NCBI RefSeq assembly: GCF_006345805.1
Contig: NC_043002.1
Span: 88,474,001-88,538,000 of the forward strand
Source of the DNA: Octopus sinensis
Lineage: Eukaryota
Direction: 5' to 3'
DNA: 64,000 nt
Shown: in pieces, positions 25,016 through 37,741 of the stretch
Position numbering within the stretch: the first letter of the stretch is position 1
Layout: every line of letters begins with the position of its first letter
Translations under genes and position numbers: made by a program
The notes under the pieces: model-generated
Seen by the model: the letters and a program-made list of their open reading frames with translations, nothing else
The model's database searches: none
Told to the model about the DNA's origin: nothing

Positions 25016-26180
25016 CCACGGCGCAGGACATTGGCAAATTTTCTCTTATCTGCTCCCCTCTGGCTAGATAGACCTGTCTCCTAGCTTCCCTTCTGGCAGT
25101 CTGATACCCTTCCCTGCTACCACCGTTCTTCCAGGCCTTCCAAGCCTGTTTCTTTTGGCTAATAGCCCTGTCAACAATATTGTTCCACACCACGTTATTT
25201 TGGGTCTTAAGGGACTTTGCACCAGCCACAGATCTGGTCAGCGGCTTTCAGCAGGTTGTCCCTCAGAAACGTCCAGTTGTCTTCTACCCCATGTGTAGCT
25301 ATACCCCCTTCCACTTCGTCAAAGGCTTCAAGTAACATATCTCTAAATCTCTGTCCATTCGCAGGGGCTTTAAGCTTCCAGACCCTTCTTCTCCATGTTG
25401 GTCGTCTTCTAGTCGCCTCTTTAGTCCTGATCCTAAAGTCACTAACTACCAGTCTATGTTGTGGGGTGCATTCTTCGCCTGGGAGGTTTTGGCATTTTTA
25501 AGCAGCCATCTTTCCCTTTTTCTGGCAAGGATGTAGTCGATTTGGCTAGTATGCCGGCCCGATCGGTAGGTGACCAGGTGGCTTGTTGGTTTCCTGAAGT
25601 TAGTGTTGCAGACCATAAGACTATTCGCATCGCAGAACTCCAGCAGCCTGGTTCCCTCCTCGTTGCGGGAACCATAACCGTAGCCTCCATGTACGCCATG
25701 GAAGCCCCCAGCATGTCGTCCAACATGCCCATTGAAATCACCAGCCACAAAGAGAAGGTCCCTGTCGTTAGTCGATGAGGTGGTCTGCAGTAGGGTGTCA
25801 TAGAAACTGTCTTTCTGTCCATCGGGTAGCCCTGGCTGAGGGGCATAGGCCGATATAATGGTTGCTAATCTATTATGAAGCACTATTCTAATCTTAAGTA
25901 TTCTGTCACTTACTCTGATTACCTCAATTACTCTATCTATCCATTTCTCAGCGATAATTATACCCACGCCACCAACCCCGTCAGTGTTCCCTGCCCAGAA
26001 AATCTTGTTGTTATTTCATTTTGTCTAATATATATATGCATGCTAATTCAAGACCCACATTAGACTCCTTCTCATATCACTATCAAACCAAGGGTTTAAT
26101 TACAATCTATCCATAGCACTTACTTAGCATTACCTGCCACTCTTTGGGTCTTCTAGATAATAATACTTCTTATGTATAAA

Positions 26181-26257
<77 letters not shown>

Positions 26258-28166
26258 ATATATATATACACATATGCGTATACTTATATGCATGTGTATG
26301 TGTGTGTGTGAGAGAGAGAGAGAGAGAAGAAACACTAAATGTATCTCTTAAATATTTCCAGGTTGTCATGTGGACCAATCACCAAATACAAACCAAGTGG
26401 CATTCCAATAGAGAATAAATAGTCTGTGAGTCATTTGCAACAGGTTAAAAATTGGCAGGGTGCCAACCTTCATGACAATTCCATTCATTATCCAGTTTGT
26501 ACACCGCTCCACAATTTACCAGCTCTTTATTTAATTTGCTCATTAATATATCACATCACCTCCAACGGTGAACAATGCTAAAGTTACTTTTTTTTATTTG
26601 TTTTCTAACTTTATTATAATGGTCAACACACTCTGCTTCAGTACCCTAAGCTTACAACTCTATGCAACCTTATGGTTTTTTCAAGCCAGTTAAGAAGCCT
26701 CTATGTAGCTGTTTGTATTGCTAGAAGTAGCAAAGAATTGTGCTGCAGATCATCTCTATCTCAGTGAAAGGTATGCTGGATAGTTGCCCTGGACTTTCTA
26801 CATGTTTCTTGTACTTGAGAAGACTCATCAAGCAAAGGGCAATCATAGTTGTGGCTAGTGTCGGTGACACATAAAAGGAACCCATTACACTCTTGGAGTG
26901 GTTGGCATTAAGAAGGGCATCCAGCCATAGAAACCAATCCAAATCAGACTGGAACCTGGTACAGCTCTCCAGCTTACAAGTTCCAGTAAAACCATCTAAC
27001 CCATGCCAGTAGGGAAATCAGATGTTAATTCACGATGATGATGATGATAATTATCATTATCATTGTTTTAACATCTACTTTTCCATGCTGTTTTTCCATA
27101 GATTTTTACTGGACATGTTCAACATTCAAGTCTGCTGCTACAGAAATCATCTATAATGAAAGAGTCAACTGTAGAAGTGAATGCCAATTTACCATTAAAG
27201 ACATGCTCCAACAGCAGTTCATTTTATATGCAGAAAACGAAAGTTCAAGGTCTAATTATACTGAATAAATCAGTAGGAAAAGATACTACTCTAGGGATCC
27301 ATTGAGCCAACACAACTCCAGTTTCTGTAAGATTAATCAAATCAAATACAAGATAAATCTTCACTAATTTCTCATAGGGAACCCTCTCACCTGCTCTTGC
27401 AACTATTCTCAACAAACAGGCCTACCAAATCACTGAATAAAACATCCTGCCTGCTATGCAGCACAGCAAGGGAACCTTTATGTGATCAGTTAATTTGCCA
27501 GAAATAGTAACCAACCCAATTTCTCTTAAATGAAAACATAATCTTCTACTCTTCTACTTGTTTCAGTCATTTGACTGTGGCCATGCTGGACCCCAGAACT
27601 TATTCTTTGTAAGCCTAGTACTTATTCTATCGGTCTCTTTTGCTGCATCGGTTGTCAAGCGATGTTGGGGGACAAACACAGACGCACAAACACACACACA
27701 CACATATATATATACATATACCAAATCCACTCACAACGCTTTGGTTGGCCAGAGGCTATAGTAGAAGACACTTGCCCAAGATGCCATGCAGTGGGACTGA
27801 ACCCGGAACCATGTGGTTTGTAAGCAAGCTACTTACCACACAGCCACTCCTACAGCCACATACTGACCAGAAATAGTAGAATATATTCATATATACAAAG
27901 ATAGGATATTACCACAGGGTTTTCAAAATCCTGACAAAAGTGTCATATACATAATCATCATTATAATCATTCGAACAATGAAGGTTCTTTCAGTTTCTGT
28001 CGATGAAATTCACTCACAATACTTTTGTTGGCCTGAGGCTAAAGTTGAAAACATGGTTAGGAAGCAAAACCTGCCTGACCTATCTATCTATCTGTCTGCC
28101 TGTTAGTCTGTCTGCATGTAGGTATGTATTCATGTATGCATGCATGCATGTATCTATGTATGCATG

Positions 28167-28314
<148 letters not shown>

Positions 28315-28414
28315 TATATAATATATATATATATAATATATATATATATATATAGATATATATATATATAAACATACATATATATATATATGAATATATA
28401 TAAATATACATATA

Positions 28415-28471
<57 letters not shown>

Positions 28472-28768
28472 TATAATATATATATATATAAATATACATA
28501 TATATATGAATATATATTTATAAATATACAAATATACATACGTTATCCCCTGTAAAGTGGTTGATGTTAGAAAGGGCATCCAGCTGTAGAAACCATGCCA
28601 AAGCAGACATGAAATCTGAACACCCTTCAGCTGGTTGGCTCCTGTCAAACCATCCAACCCATGCCAGCTCAGAAAATGGACATTAAATGATGATGATCAT
28701 GATGATCATGATATATACATGTATATACATACATACTCACATAATACATACCTACATGTATATATGTA

Positions 28769-28929
<161 letters not shown>

Positions 28930-28939
28930 GAATAATGGA

Positions 28940-29105
28940 AACACCTAAAAATTTCAAACAAATATATTTTAATATGGAGTAGGACCGCCTTTGGTAGTAA
29001 TTACAGCTTGAATTCTATGAGGTATGGACTTGTACAAAGTTTGAATTGTTTCCAAAGGAATTTTTCGCCATTCTTCAACTAAAACAATCTCCAGTTCTTG
29101 TAGTG
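28940..29105 (-). pseudogene. Tc1 transposase C-terminal remnant
   Basis: Minus strand LQELEIVLVEEWRKIPLETIQTLYKSIPHRIQAVITTKGGPTPY*. Confidence 0.75.
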
Positions 29106-29509
29106 TTTAGAAGGGAACGAAGTTTCTGTATGAAAAGTTAATCATAAAAGATAAAAGCTGAAACAAAGGTGTTGTTGAAGCTACCTATCAAAGATGGCTA
29201 TAAGTGGTTCATCATTGAGCTGGTAGATATATATTAGAAAGAGAGATGAACAAGTAAAACATGCAGTATCACCTTAGAGTGTGTAATTTATAATTGAAAC
29301 ATACAGTTGACTCTTTCATTATTCACAGTTGACTCTTTCATTATAGATGATTTCTGTAGCAGCAGACTTGAACGTTGAACATGTCCAGTAAAAATCTATG
29401 GAAAAACAGCATGGAAAAGTAGATGTTAAAACAATGATAATGATAATTATCATCATCATCATCGTGAATTAACATCTGATTTCCCTACTGGCATGGGTTA
29501 GATGGTTTC

Positions 29510-30500
29510 TATGGCTCGTAATTGCAGAGCTGTTAAAGTAAATAAGGGATTGAAAAATAATACGTAAAGTCTCTACAGTTGTTTCTAGAATCATTGAGCC
29601 AAGATTTCCATGTAAGCCAACTATACCATCTTCAGAGAGGAAAAAATTAAGGAACATCTTTAATAAGGGATATTAGTAATTACCAGTTCATCAAAGAATT
29701 AAAGAACATACTTAGTGAAGGATAATAGTAGTTCGCACTTTTATGATCAGAGAATTAAGGTAATTCTTAGTAAAAGATATAGTGGTTCACAGTTCCAGCA
29801 TTGAAGGATCAAGGAATATCCTTAATAAAAGGTAAAAGAAGTTACTAGTTCCATCTTCAAAGAGAAAGCTAATACACATCATGAGGAACTTTGTAAATCT
29901 AATAACAGAACTTGCCAGAAAACATGGTGCAGAAATAAGTCGGTAGCTTAAATGACGAGTTAATTTCCTATTTGATACCATACAAAATGAAATTCTAGAG
30001 GTGTATACTCATAACACCCTACATGAGATCAGGAGAATTGGTGAAGATTCCATGTTATATGTGATTGCTCTGGCATGGAGCAAGAATCAGTTATTGGTGT
30101 TATGTTTCTGAAAAGCAGGATGTCCACAAAGATTTTCTCAGCTTTTTTAACACTCCTGACAACACTTCGGAGAAACTGACTAAGGTTATTCTGGATATTT
30201 TTTGTTGCCTAAATATTTCACTGGGTTCAAAATTTTGCTGTTTTTGCCTTTGATGATGCATATATCATGAGCTGAAACATTTCAGGCATACAAAAGAGAT
30301 TAAAAGACATGTTTCCTTATATGTATTTTGTAACCACTTTTTGGATCTTGTCCTCCAAGAAAATGGATCTATGGTTGCCAAGGTCACTGATGCATTGAAC
30401 CTTGTTCACCAACACACCATTCTTCTGAAAATGCTATGGACAAGCCTTTGTGATGAGAATGTAATCATGTTGCAAACCTGTGCCTATTGCATCAAACAAG
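29510..30500 (+). pseudogene. Degenerate hAT transposase remnant (ZMYM1/Blackjack-Tip100-like)
   Basis: Pieces NFVNLITELARKH and NFLFDTIQNEILEV resemble the GNF...S.xIQNEII motif region. Many stops. Confidence 0.5.
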
Positions 30501-30662
30501 AGAATGTCCAGCACACAGCACATTTGGATGGTGCTTTTTACGTGCCACCGGTATGGGTATCACAACTACAATTTCCATTTGATTTTTATTTTGATGTTGA
30601 TGTACTTGACTCAATAGGTCTCCTCAAGCACAGCAGGTCGCCCTATGATCCAAGGTAAGCAC

Positions 30663-30922
30663 AACATAATATTATATAACATAAATAATTATTAAAACCA
30701 TAAAAGGCCAACAAATTGCTTTGACTTATATATATTTTTTTGATATACATAATCACAGTTCCCTTATATATAAAGTCACTTCAGGGTCATGGTTTAGAAA
30801 AAGATGAAATTCCATGTAAAAGGATGGCTGTGATTATGTATATCAGAAAAAATATATATAAGTCAAAATAATTTGTTGGCCTTTTATGGTTTTTATAATT
30901 ATTTGTTATATAATATTATGTT
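30663..30922. repeat. AT-rich foldback, arms about 95 bp
   Basis: AAAACCATAAAAGGCCAACAAATT / AATTTGTTGGCCTTTTATGGTTTT; arms 30663-30758 and 30828-30922. Confidence 0.85.
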
Positions 30923-31114
30923 AGGTTATATTCATAGTATTTAATGTAATATTGTAATATAGATAAATTATTGGATTGTCAATAGTATATCTCTATATTT
31001 AATTTATCTTTATTATTGAATTATACCAATATTTATTTGATATACAACTAAAGTACCAGTGAATTGAATGTTTAACACACTCCTTTGAAGGATTTCTTTT
31101 CCTCATTTTGTTAC

Positions 31115-31164
<50 letters not shown>

Positions 31165-31331
31165 CCTGCTCGCTTAGCCAGCAGGGTGGCATCATTTGAA
31201 GGCTAAAACAATGCAAAGCGCATTGTGACCAGCGATGTGTAGCAACATCTGATAGCCAGGTTGGTCACAAAAGAAATAAAGATATATATATATATATATA
31301 TATAATGAAATGTATAAATAGATGATAATAA

Positions 31332-32189
31332 CAGGGTGCAATGGGTAAATTGCCACCATTTTATATCTTTAATTTTGTACATCCACATTGTTTTTGAATT
31401 TGTCAACTACACAGTATAGTAGGGTCAGTTGGGCACTGTCTGTGAGAAAAACAGCACTGTGACACAATTCACTCTGCCAGAAATTTGGAAACGACATGCT
31501 GTACTCCTTGGCATTTGTGCTGGAACCTCCAATCCAAACATTTCAGTGTCGTTGGGTGTCAATATGAGGACATGTACCCAGAGTGATAAAAAAAAAACAA
31601 ACATCCAGTCAATATCATGGTGTTTGGAGTGATCACTAGTGATGGCAACGTTATGCCTCCATTTATCTTCCCACGCAACCTCAAACTCAACACGGAGGCC
31701 TAGGTCAAGTACCTGGAGAAGGTAGTACTGCCCTGGATCAAGAGAGTGGCTGCTGGTAGACCCTATCTCTTGCAACAGGACTCTGCACTATGCCACACAA
31801 GCAGGAGAACCCAGTCAAGGCTGTCAGACAATATCTGCAACCACACCACCCTTAACATCTGGCCACCTAACTCCCTTAATTATAATGTGTGGAACGCAGT
31901 TGGGCGAGAGACCAACAAAACTCTTTGTAACACCAAAGATGAACTGAAGGCAAGGATTATGGCAGCATTCACCAACTTAAATAAGGAGACCATCCAGAAG
32001 AGTTGCAGGAGATTCCAAAGCCATCTGAAGGGTGTGGTTGAAGCCAATGTCGATTTTATTGAATAAATTAATATTTTAGTATTTCAAGATATGTTTATGT
32101 AATTTTGGTAAATATATCTGTTAAAATAAGATGTCAGTGTTATTTTCATTTTTGTGTAACTTAGACGAAAATATATTCACCGCACCTTG
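31332..32189 (+). mobile_element. Internally deleted IS630-Tc1-mariner element (maT/DD37D-like)
   Basis: ORF 31746-32066 contains QQDSALCH, WPPNS, YNVW and an end GVVEANVDFIE. Termini CAGGGTGC / GCACCTTG-TA. Confidence 0.75.
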
Positions 32190-32219
32190 TATACGTAGAC
32201 GTATATGTATATGTATATG

Positions 32220-32252
<33 letters not shown>

Positions 32253-34002
32253 TTATGTATGCATGTATGTATGTATGTATGTATGTATGTATGTATGTAT
32301 TATGTATGTATATGTATATGTGTGTGTGTGTGTGTGTACACATATTTATGTATTGTATATATGTGTATAAATGCATGTGTTTGTATCAAAGCCTTCTGAA
32401 GAAGCTAATGACAGTCCACATATTAATAAAAAAAAACAAAAAAAAAAACAGGAAATTGATACAAGCATCACATAAGACATTATTGAAAATTCTGCAGTAA
32501 TTTTTATGAACTCTGTGTTTTGATCTCAATCTCTGTTATTATTTCTATTTGTCAATAAACTTCACAAGCAACATCTACAATAATGAAAATAAATATGTAG
32601 CTGACAGCTATTGAAATTTAGCTTAGAAGAGCAGAGAAAATTTACTTCTAATAATTAGTTCTGTATATCAATTAAGATTTTGGCAATGCTATTCCTACAT
32701 AACTCTACGACAATCTCTCTTTATTTTTTTTATAACATAAGTGCAGTGATGGCTATGTGCTAAGAAGTTTGTTTCCCAACTACATGGTTCTGGGTTCAGT
32801 CCCAGTGCATAACACATTCGGCAAGTGTCTTATATATATATATAATATATATAATATATAATATATATGCATGTACATACATATACATATATACAAACAT
32901 ATATATATATAATATATATATGATGATGATATATATATATATAATATATATATATATTATATATAATATATATATATATATACATATATATATCATGCAT
33001 ATATGGGTACAGGACATCATCAACGGTCAATTAACATGAAATATGTAAACAAATAAGTTCAATACATAAACCATGAGAAAAAAAAATGGGAAACAGGACA
33101 TGTAAACACAGAGAAAGGACCCTTCATCAGTCGTTGGCTGTCTATCTACTCCTCATTTTGGGCATGTGTATGTGTGTGTGTGTCTGTATGTATATGTTAA
33201 AAAGCTGAACAGATATGTTTATTTCATTGTTTTTTTTTTACAACATAGGCGTAGGAGTGGCTATGTGGTAAGTAGCTCGCTTACCAACCACATGGTTCTG
33301 GGTTCATTCCCACTGTGTGGCACCTTGGGCAAGTATCTTCTACTATAGCCTCTGGTGGACCAAAGCCTTGTGAGTGGATTTGATAGACAGAAACTGAAAG
33401 AAGCCCGTCGTATATATGTATATATATGTGTGCGTGTGTGTGTGTGTTTGTGTGTTTGTGTTTGTCCCCCCAACATCGCTTGACAATCGATGCTGGTGTG
33501 TTTACGTCCCCCATAACTTAGCGGTTCGGCTAAAGAGACCAAAAGAATAAGTACTAGGCTTACAAAGAATAAGTCCTGGGGTAGATTTGCTCGACTAAAG
33601 GTAGTGCACCAGCATGGCCTGCATTCAAATGACTGAAATAAGTAAAAGAATAAAAGAATAAAAAAAACATAGTGAACACATTTCAACAATTGTGCTGTTT
33701 TCATAGAGAAAAAAAAATCACACATACACCTGAAAGGAGACAAAAACAGTGGAGAGAAAAATGGTGTGCAAAAGAAGAGAAAGGATCAGTTACTAAGTGA
33801 ATGTAGATGAGTTCATTTGATGGAATGACAGAGAGCTGGACAGTGACAGAAACAGAGACGGTGGGGTAGGGAGAAAGAAGGGGAAGTAAATCTAGGATAG
33901 AAGTGAGAGTGAAGAAGATAAGGAAATGGGAAAATGAGGAAAGTGGAAGGTAATGTGAAGAGAGAGTGTGATACTAAGAGAAAATAGGGGGGAGGCATTA
34001 GA

Positions 34003-34414
34003 GGATCTTTTCGGTTTGAACGGCAGTTTTTTCTAGCGGTGTCATATGAAATTGTCACCCATAATTATGACCCTAGTATCGATCTATTGCATTTCAATCT
34101 GTTTTAGGGTTAGGGGTGGGGGGAAGGGTATCTTTTTTTTCTTCACAAATGTAAATAAACCTAATCTGTTTCTTAAACGAGGGACATATTCATATGGCAC
34201 AGAATGTTTTTTACCTCAATGGATGTCAGTGATTGGTTGAAATTGCAGAAATTGAAGAAAAAAAACAACAAATATCTTACAAACTATAGAATTTTCTCAA
34301 TAAAGCCAAGAGAAAAAGATGTTTTAAAAACACATTTTACCAGTATACGAAGTTTAAAATATTTTAGTAACCTAGAAATTATGTTAAAAACTGCCGTTCA
34401 AACTGAAAAGATCC
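34003..34414. mobile_element. Second copy of the GGATC-terminated MITE
   Basis: Highly similar to 2846-3256. TSD GCATTAGA at 33995-34002 and 34415-34422. Confidence 0.9.
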
Positions 34415-36099
34415 GCATTAGATTAAAGAATGACTCAAGTAAGAAAGGATGGCGAGATAATGGAAGAATATACTGAGAGAGGAAACAAGGACACACACAT
34501 GTGTGAGGGGTGAACAAGAGAAAGGGGGAGGGCATGGAGAAGGAAGGATGATTTGGTGGAAGCGAGGGGGGGATGGGGATGCAGATGAAAAAAGAGGAGA
34601 GGAGGAAAGGAAAGAAAAATGACAGGAGGAAGAATATGTCATTGGGAGAAGAATGGACGGGGGGGGGGGAGAGGAGGTGTGTATGTAACGCTCTACAGTA
34701 TTTAACAAGATAGGTTTTAATTAATATTCTTGAAATGATTCAGAGAGTGTTTCGGGGATAGTTTTTTAAAAATTATGTTCAAGTTTTAAAACTAGTTAAA
34801 ACGTTTTAAACAACTAAAATAATTTAATATTATCAGGAATAATTAAGATAATTAAAATGATTAAATTGAAAATACAAAGTTTATGATACGGTTTAAAATA
34901 TAAACAAATTGATTAAAGTACTTCAGGAAAGGAAATTATTGGGTTCCCAGTATACGAGGTTAAACATTTCACAGAGTCATGGATTGAAGAGGTTCATAAT
35001 AATGTAATTAAGATGACTAATGAAATATACATTTAAGGTGAATGTAATAAAGTTGTGATGGTAGGAATGAGAAAGGTAACGGCAGGATATATAAAATAAA
35101 CATTGTGATACCAGTGCCGGTAGCACGTAAGAGAACCATCCGAACGTGGCCGTTGCCAGCACCGCCCTGACTGGCCTCCGTGCCGGTGACACATAAAAAG
35201 CACCATCCGATCGTGGCCGTTTGCCAGCCTTGTCTGGCACCTGTGCAGGTGGCACGTAAAAAGTACCCACTACACTCACGGAGTGGTTGGCGTTAGGAAG
35301 GGCATCCAGCTGTAGAAACATTGCCAGATCAGACTGGGCCTGGTGCAGCCTTCTGGCTTCCCAGACCCCAGTTGAACCATCCAACCCATGCTAGCATGGA
35401 GAGCGGACGTTAAACGATGATGATGATGATGATGATGATTAATAAAGATTGTGATAATACTGGTAAATACAGGAATAAGCTTGTTGCTAATTTGGATAAA
35501 AAAATAATCACTAAGTTAGTAATATGCAGATATGTAAAGTTTGCTGTAATTGTATAAAGCCAAATATGATTACTATACTGTATGTAGGAGATTAAGATTA
35601 TAATGGAATAGGCTGAGAGTTAGAGAACAACAGGGATGCATTGTGATGACAAGGATTCCAGTCGATCCGATCAATGGAACAGTCTGCTGGTCAAATTAAC
35701 GTGCACCTGGCTGAGCACTCCACAAACATGTGAATCCTTAATGTAATTCTCAGGGAGATTCAGCATGATACAGAGGGTGACAAAGCTGGCCCTTTGAAAT
35801 ACAGGTATTTCTCATTTTTTTCCAGCTGAATGGACTGGAGCAATGCTCAAGGACACAACATGTCACTGGGAATTGAACTCACAACCTTACATTCATAAGC
35901 CAAATACCTTAACCACCAAGCCATGCTCCTTCACTATATATGTGTTATAGTTTATTGAAAGATATTAGTAAATGTATGAGTCAGAAATAGGAGAGAATTA
36001 GTTAGCTGCCTGCATGTAAGGCTAAATGGTTGCACTTAAACATGATATACTGTATTAATGCTGTAGAAGGAATAGGTTAAACATCATCTCTGCCAGCTT

Positions 36100-36292
36100 T
36101 TTTTTTGTTCCTTCTTGAGCCATGCCTGGCTCATAAGGGCCGGTTTCCCGGTTTCTTGGCATATAGGTTCCCCACCTGGACAGGTGCTTAGATGTTTCAC
36201 TCATAAACACACACATCGCCCGGTCTGAGATTCGAACCCACGATCCCTCGACCGCAAGTCCGCTGCTCCAGCCACTAAGCCACGTGCCTCCA
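36100..36292 (-). mobile_element. tRNA-derived SINE, family D, with TSD
   Basis: Head TGGAGGCACGTGGCTTAGTGG...GGTTCGAATC and an A-tail. TSD CTCTGCCAGCTT at 36088-36099 and 36293-36304. Related copy near 37880-38128. Confidence 0.85.
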
Positions 36293-37350
36293 CTCTGCCA
36301 GCTTCCTGGTAAAGTGGTAATGAACAACAAACTTAGAAAAAGAAGATGCAGTCAATTTTGTCCATTAGTTTGTTTGTAATTGTTACTCTTGAGTTGTAAA
36401 TGCAGCTATTTTTTTTTTTCGCTAAGGAGCCCAGGTGGAGGGTAAAGTTAGACATGGGAGCTCAGCTCTGAGAGGGTTCAGACGAAATACAAGGGATTGT
36501 ATTAAGGGTAGGATACAAACTTGAAATGTTTGTATGTTTTAAAGATTTTACGTTTACATGAAAACACGTTTCATAATGTGTCCCCTTAGCTAATAGAATC
36601 TCGACTGACTCCTCTTTTTCTCACTCTCTATTTGTCCATGTGTCCGTGTGTGTGTGTGTGGTGTGTGTGTGTGTGTGTGTCTATGTGTGTGTGTCCGTGT
36701 GTGTGTGTATGTGTATGTATGTGTGTGTGTCCGTGTCCGTGTGTGTCCGTGTGTGTGTGTGTGTCCGTGTGTGTGTGTGTCTGTGTGTGCATGTGTGTGT
36801 GTGTTGGCATGGGATTGGAAAATCAGTGTACTGAACAAAAACACTTCGTACTCTTCTACTTTGTTGTGGTTACATTGTGTTGTTCCAAAAATGGTTTTCT
36901 GCCTATCCACTTTTCCCTACACGGCTGATAATCTTAACACCAAACAATGTAATGAAGTTGATTTAATCAACAAAAAGAGTTTGAAGGTGAACTACCTGCA
37001 TAGTCAGAGATCAATGACTGAAACTAGAATAAAAAGAAAAGAATTTGGTATGTAATTCAGTCAATTGATTTGACATGTAAAAGTTGTTATCACTTTTAAA
37101 ACTGTAAATAAAGAGATAAAACTGACTAAAAACATATCCTAGATATTGAATAGCTATCTGAATAAATCAATATTACGGGGATCCCTACTTATATATGACA
37201 TTACAAAAACTATTTCTTCTTTAGGGCTAGGATATATGTAAATACATCAGTCATGGTCAGTTACTAGCATGAAAAAATGGTCAAATAAAACTCATTTTGG
37301 AGTATTGTTCCCATATAAGGGATGGTGCTGCTGCTTTATACTTCCTAGAA

Positions 37351-37741
37351 TGGGAATGGAAGCACTCCGTCGGTTACGACGACAAGGGTTCCGGTTGATC
37401 CGAATTAACGGAACAGCCTGCTCGTGAAATTAATGTGTAAGTGGCTGAGCACTCCACAGACACGTGCACCCTTAACGTAGTTCTCGGGGCTATTCAGCAT
37501 GACACAGAGAGTGACAAGGCTGGCCCCTTGAAATACAGGTACAACAGAAACAGGAAGTAGGAGTGAGAGAAAGTTGTGGTGAAAGAGTACAGCAGGGGTC
37601 ACCACCATCCCCTGCCGGAGCCTCGTGGAGCTTTAGGTATTTTCGCTCAATAAACACTCACAACGCCTGGTCTGGGAATCGAAACCGCGATCCTATGACC
37701 ACGAGTCCGCTGCCCTAACCACTGGGCCATTGTGCCTCCAC
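37351..37741 (-). mobile_element. tRNA-derived SINE, family C, with TSD
   Basis: Head TGGAGGCACAATGGCCCAGTGG...GTTTCGATTCC. TSD ACTTCCTAGAA at 37340-37350 and 37742-37752. Older copy near 35640-35935. Confidence 0.85.

Larger units (their letters stand above)
22142..26007 (-). mobile_element. RTE-clade LINE, 5'-truncated within the APE domain
   Basis: APE motifs (SAYAP, GDFNGH, QIDY), RT, a 3' UTR with about 157-bp tandem units and a (GAT)n tail. Confidence 0.95.

Noticed and set aside
33100-33165. Minus-strand CTGATGA as a permuted hammerhead
   Set aside because: GAAA is absent (AAAA instead) and helices I and III cannot be formed convincingly.
37660-37741. tRNA gene
   Set aside because: It is the tRNA-like head of a SINE with a TSD; no complete cloverleaf.
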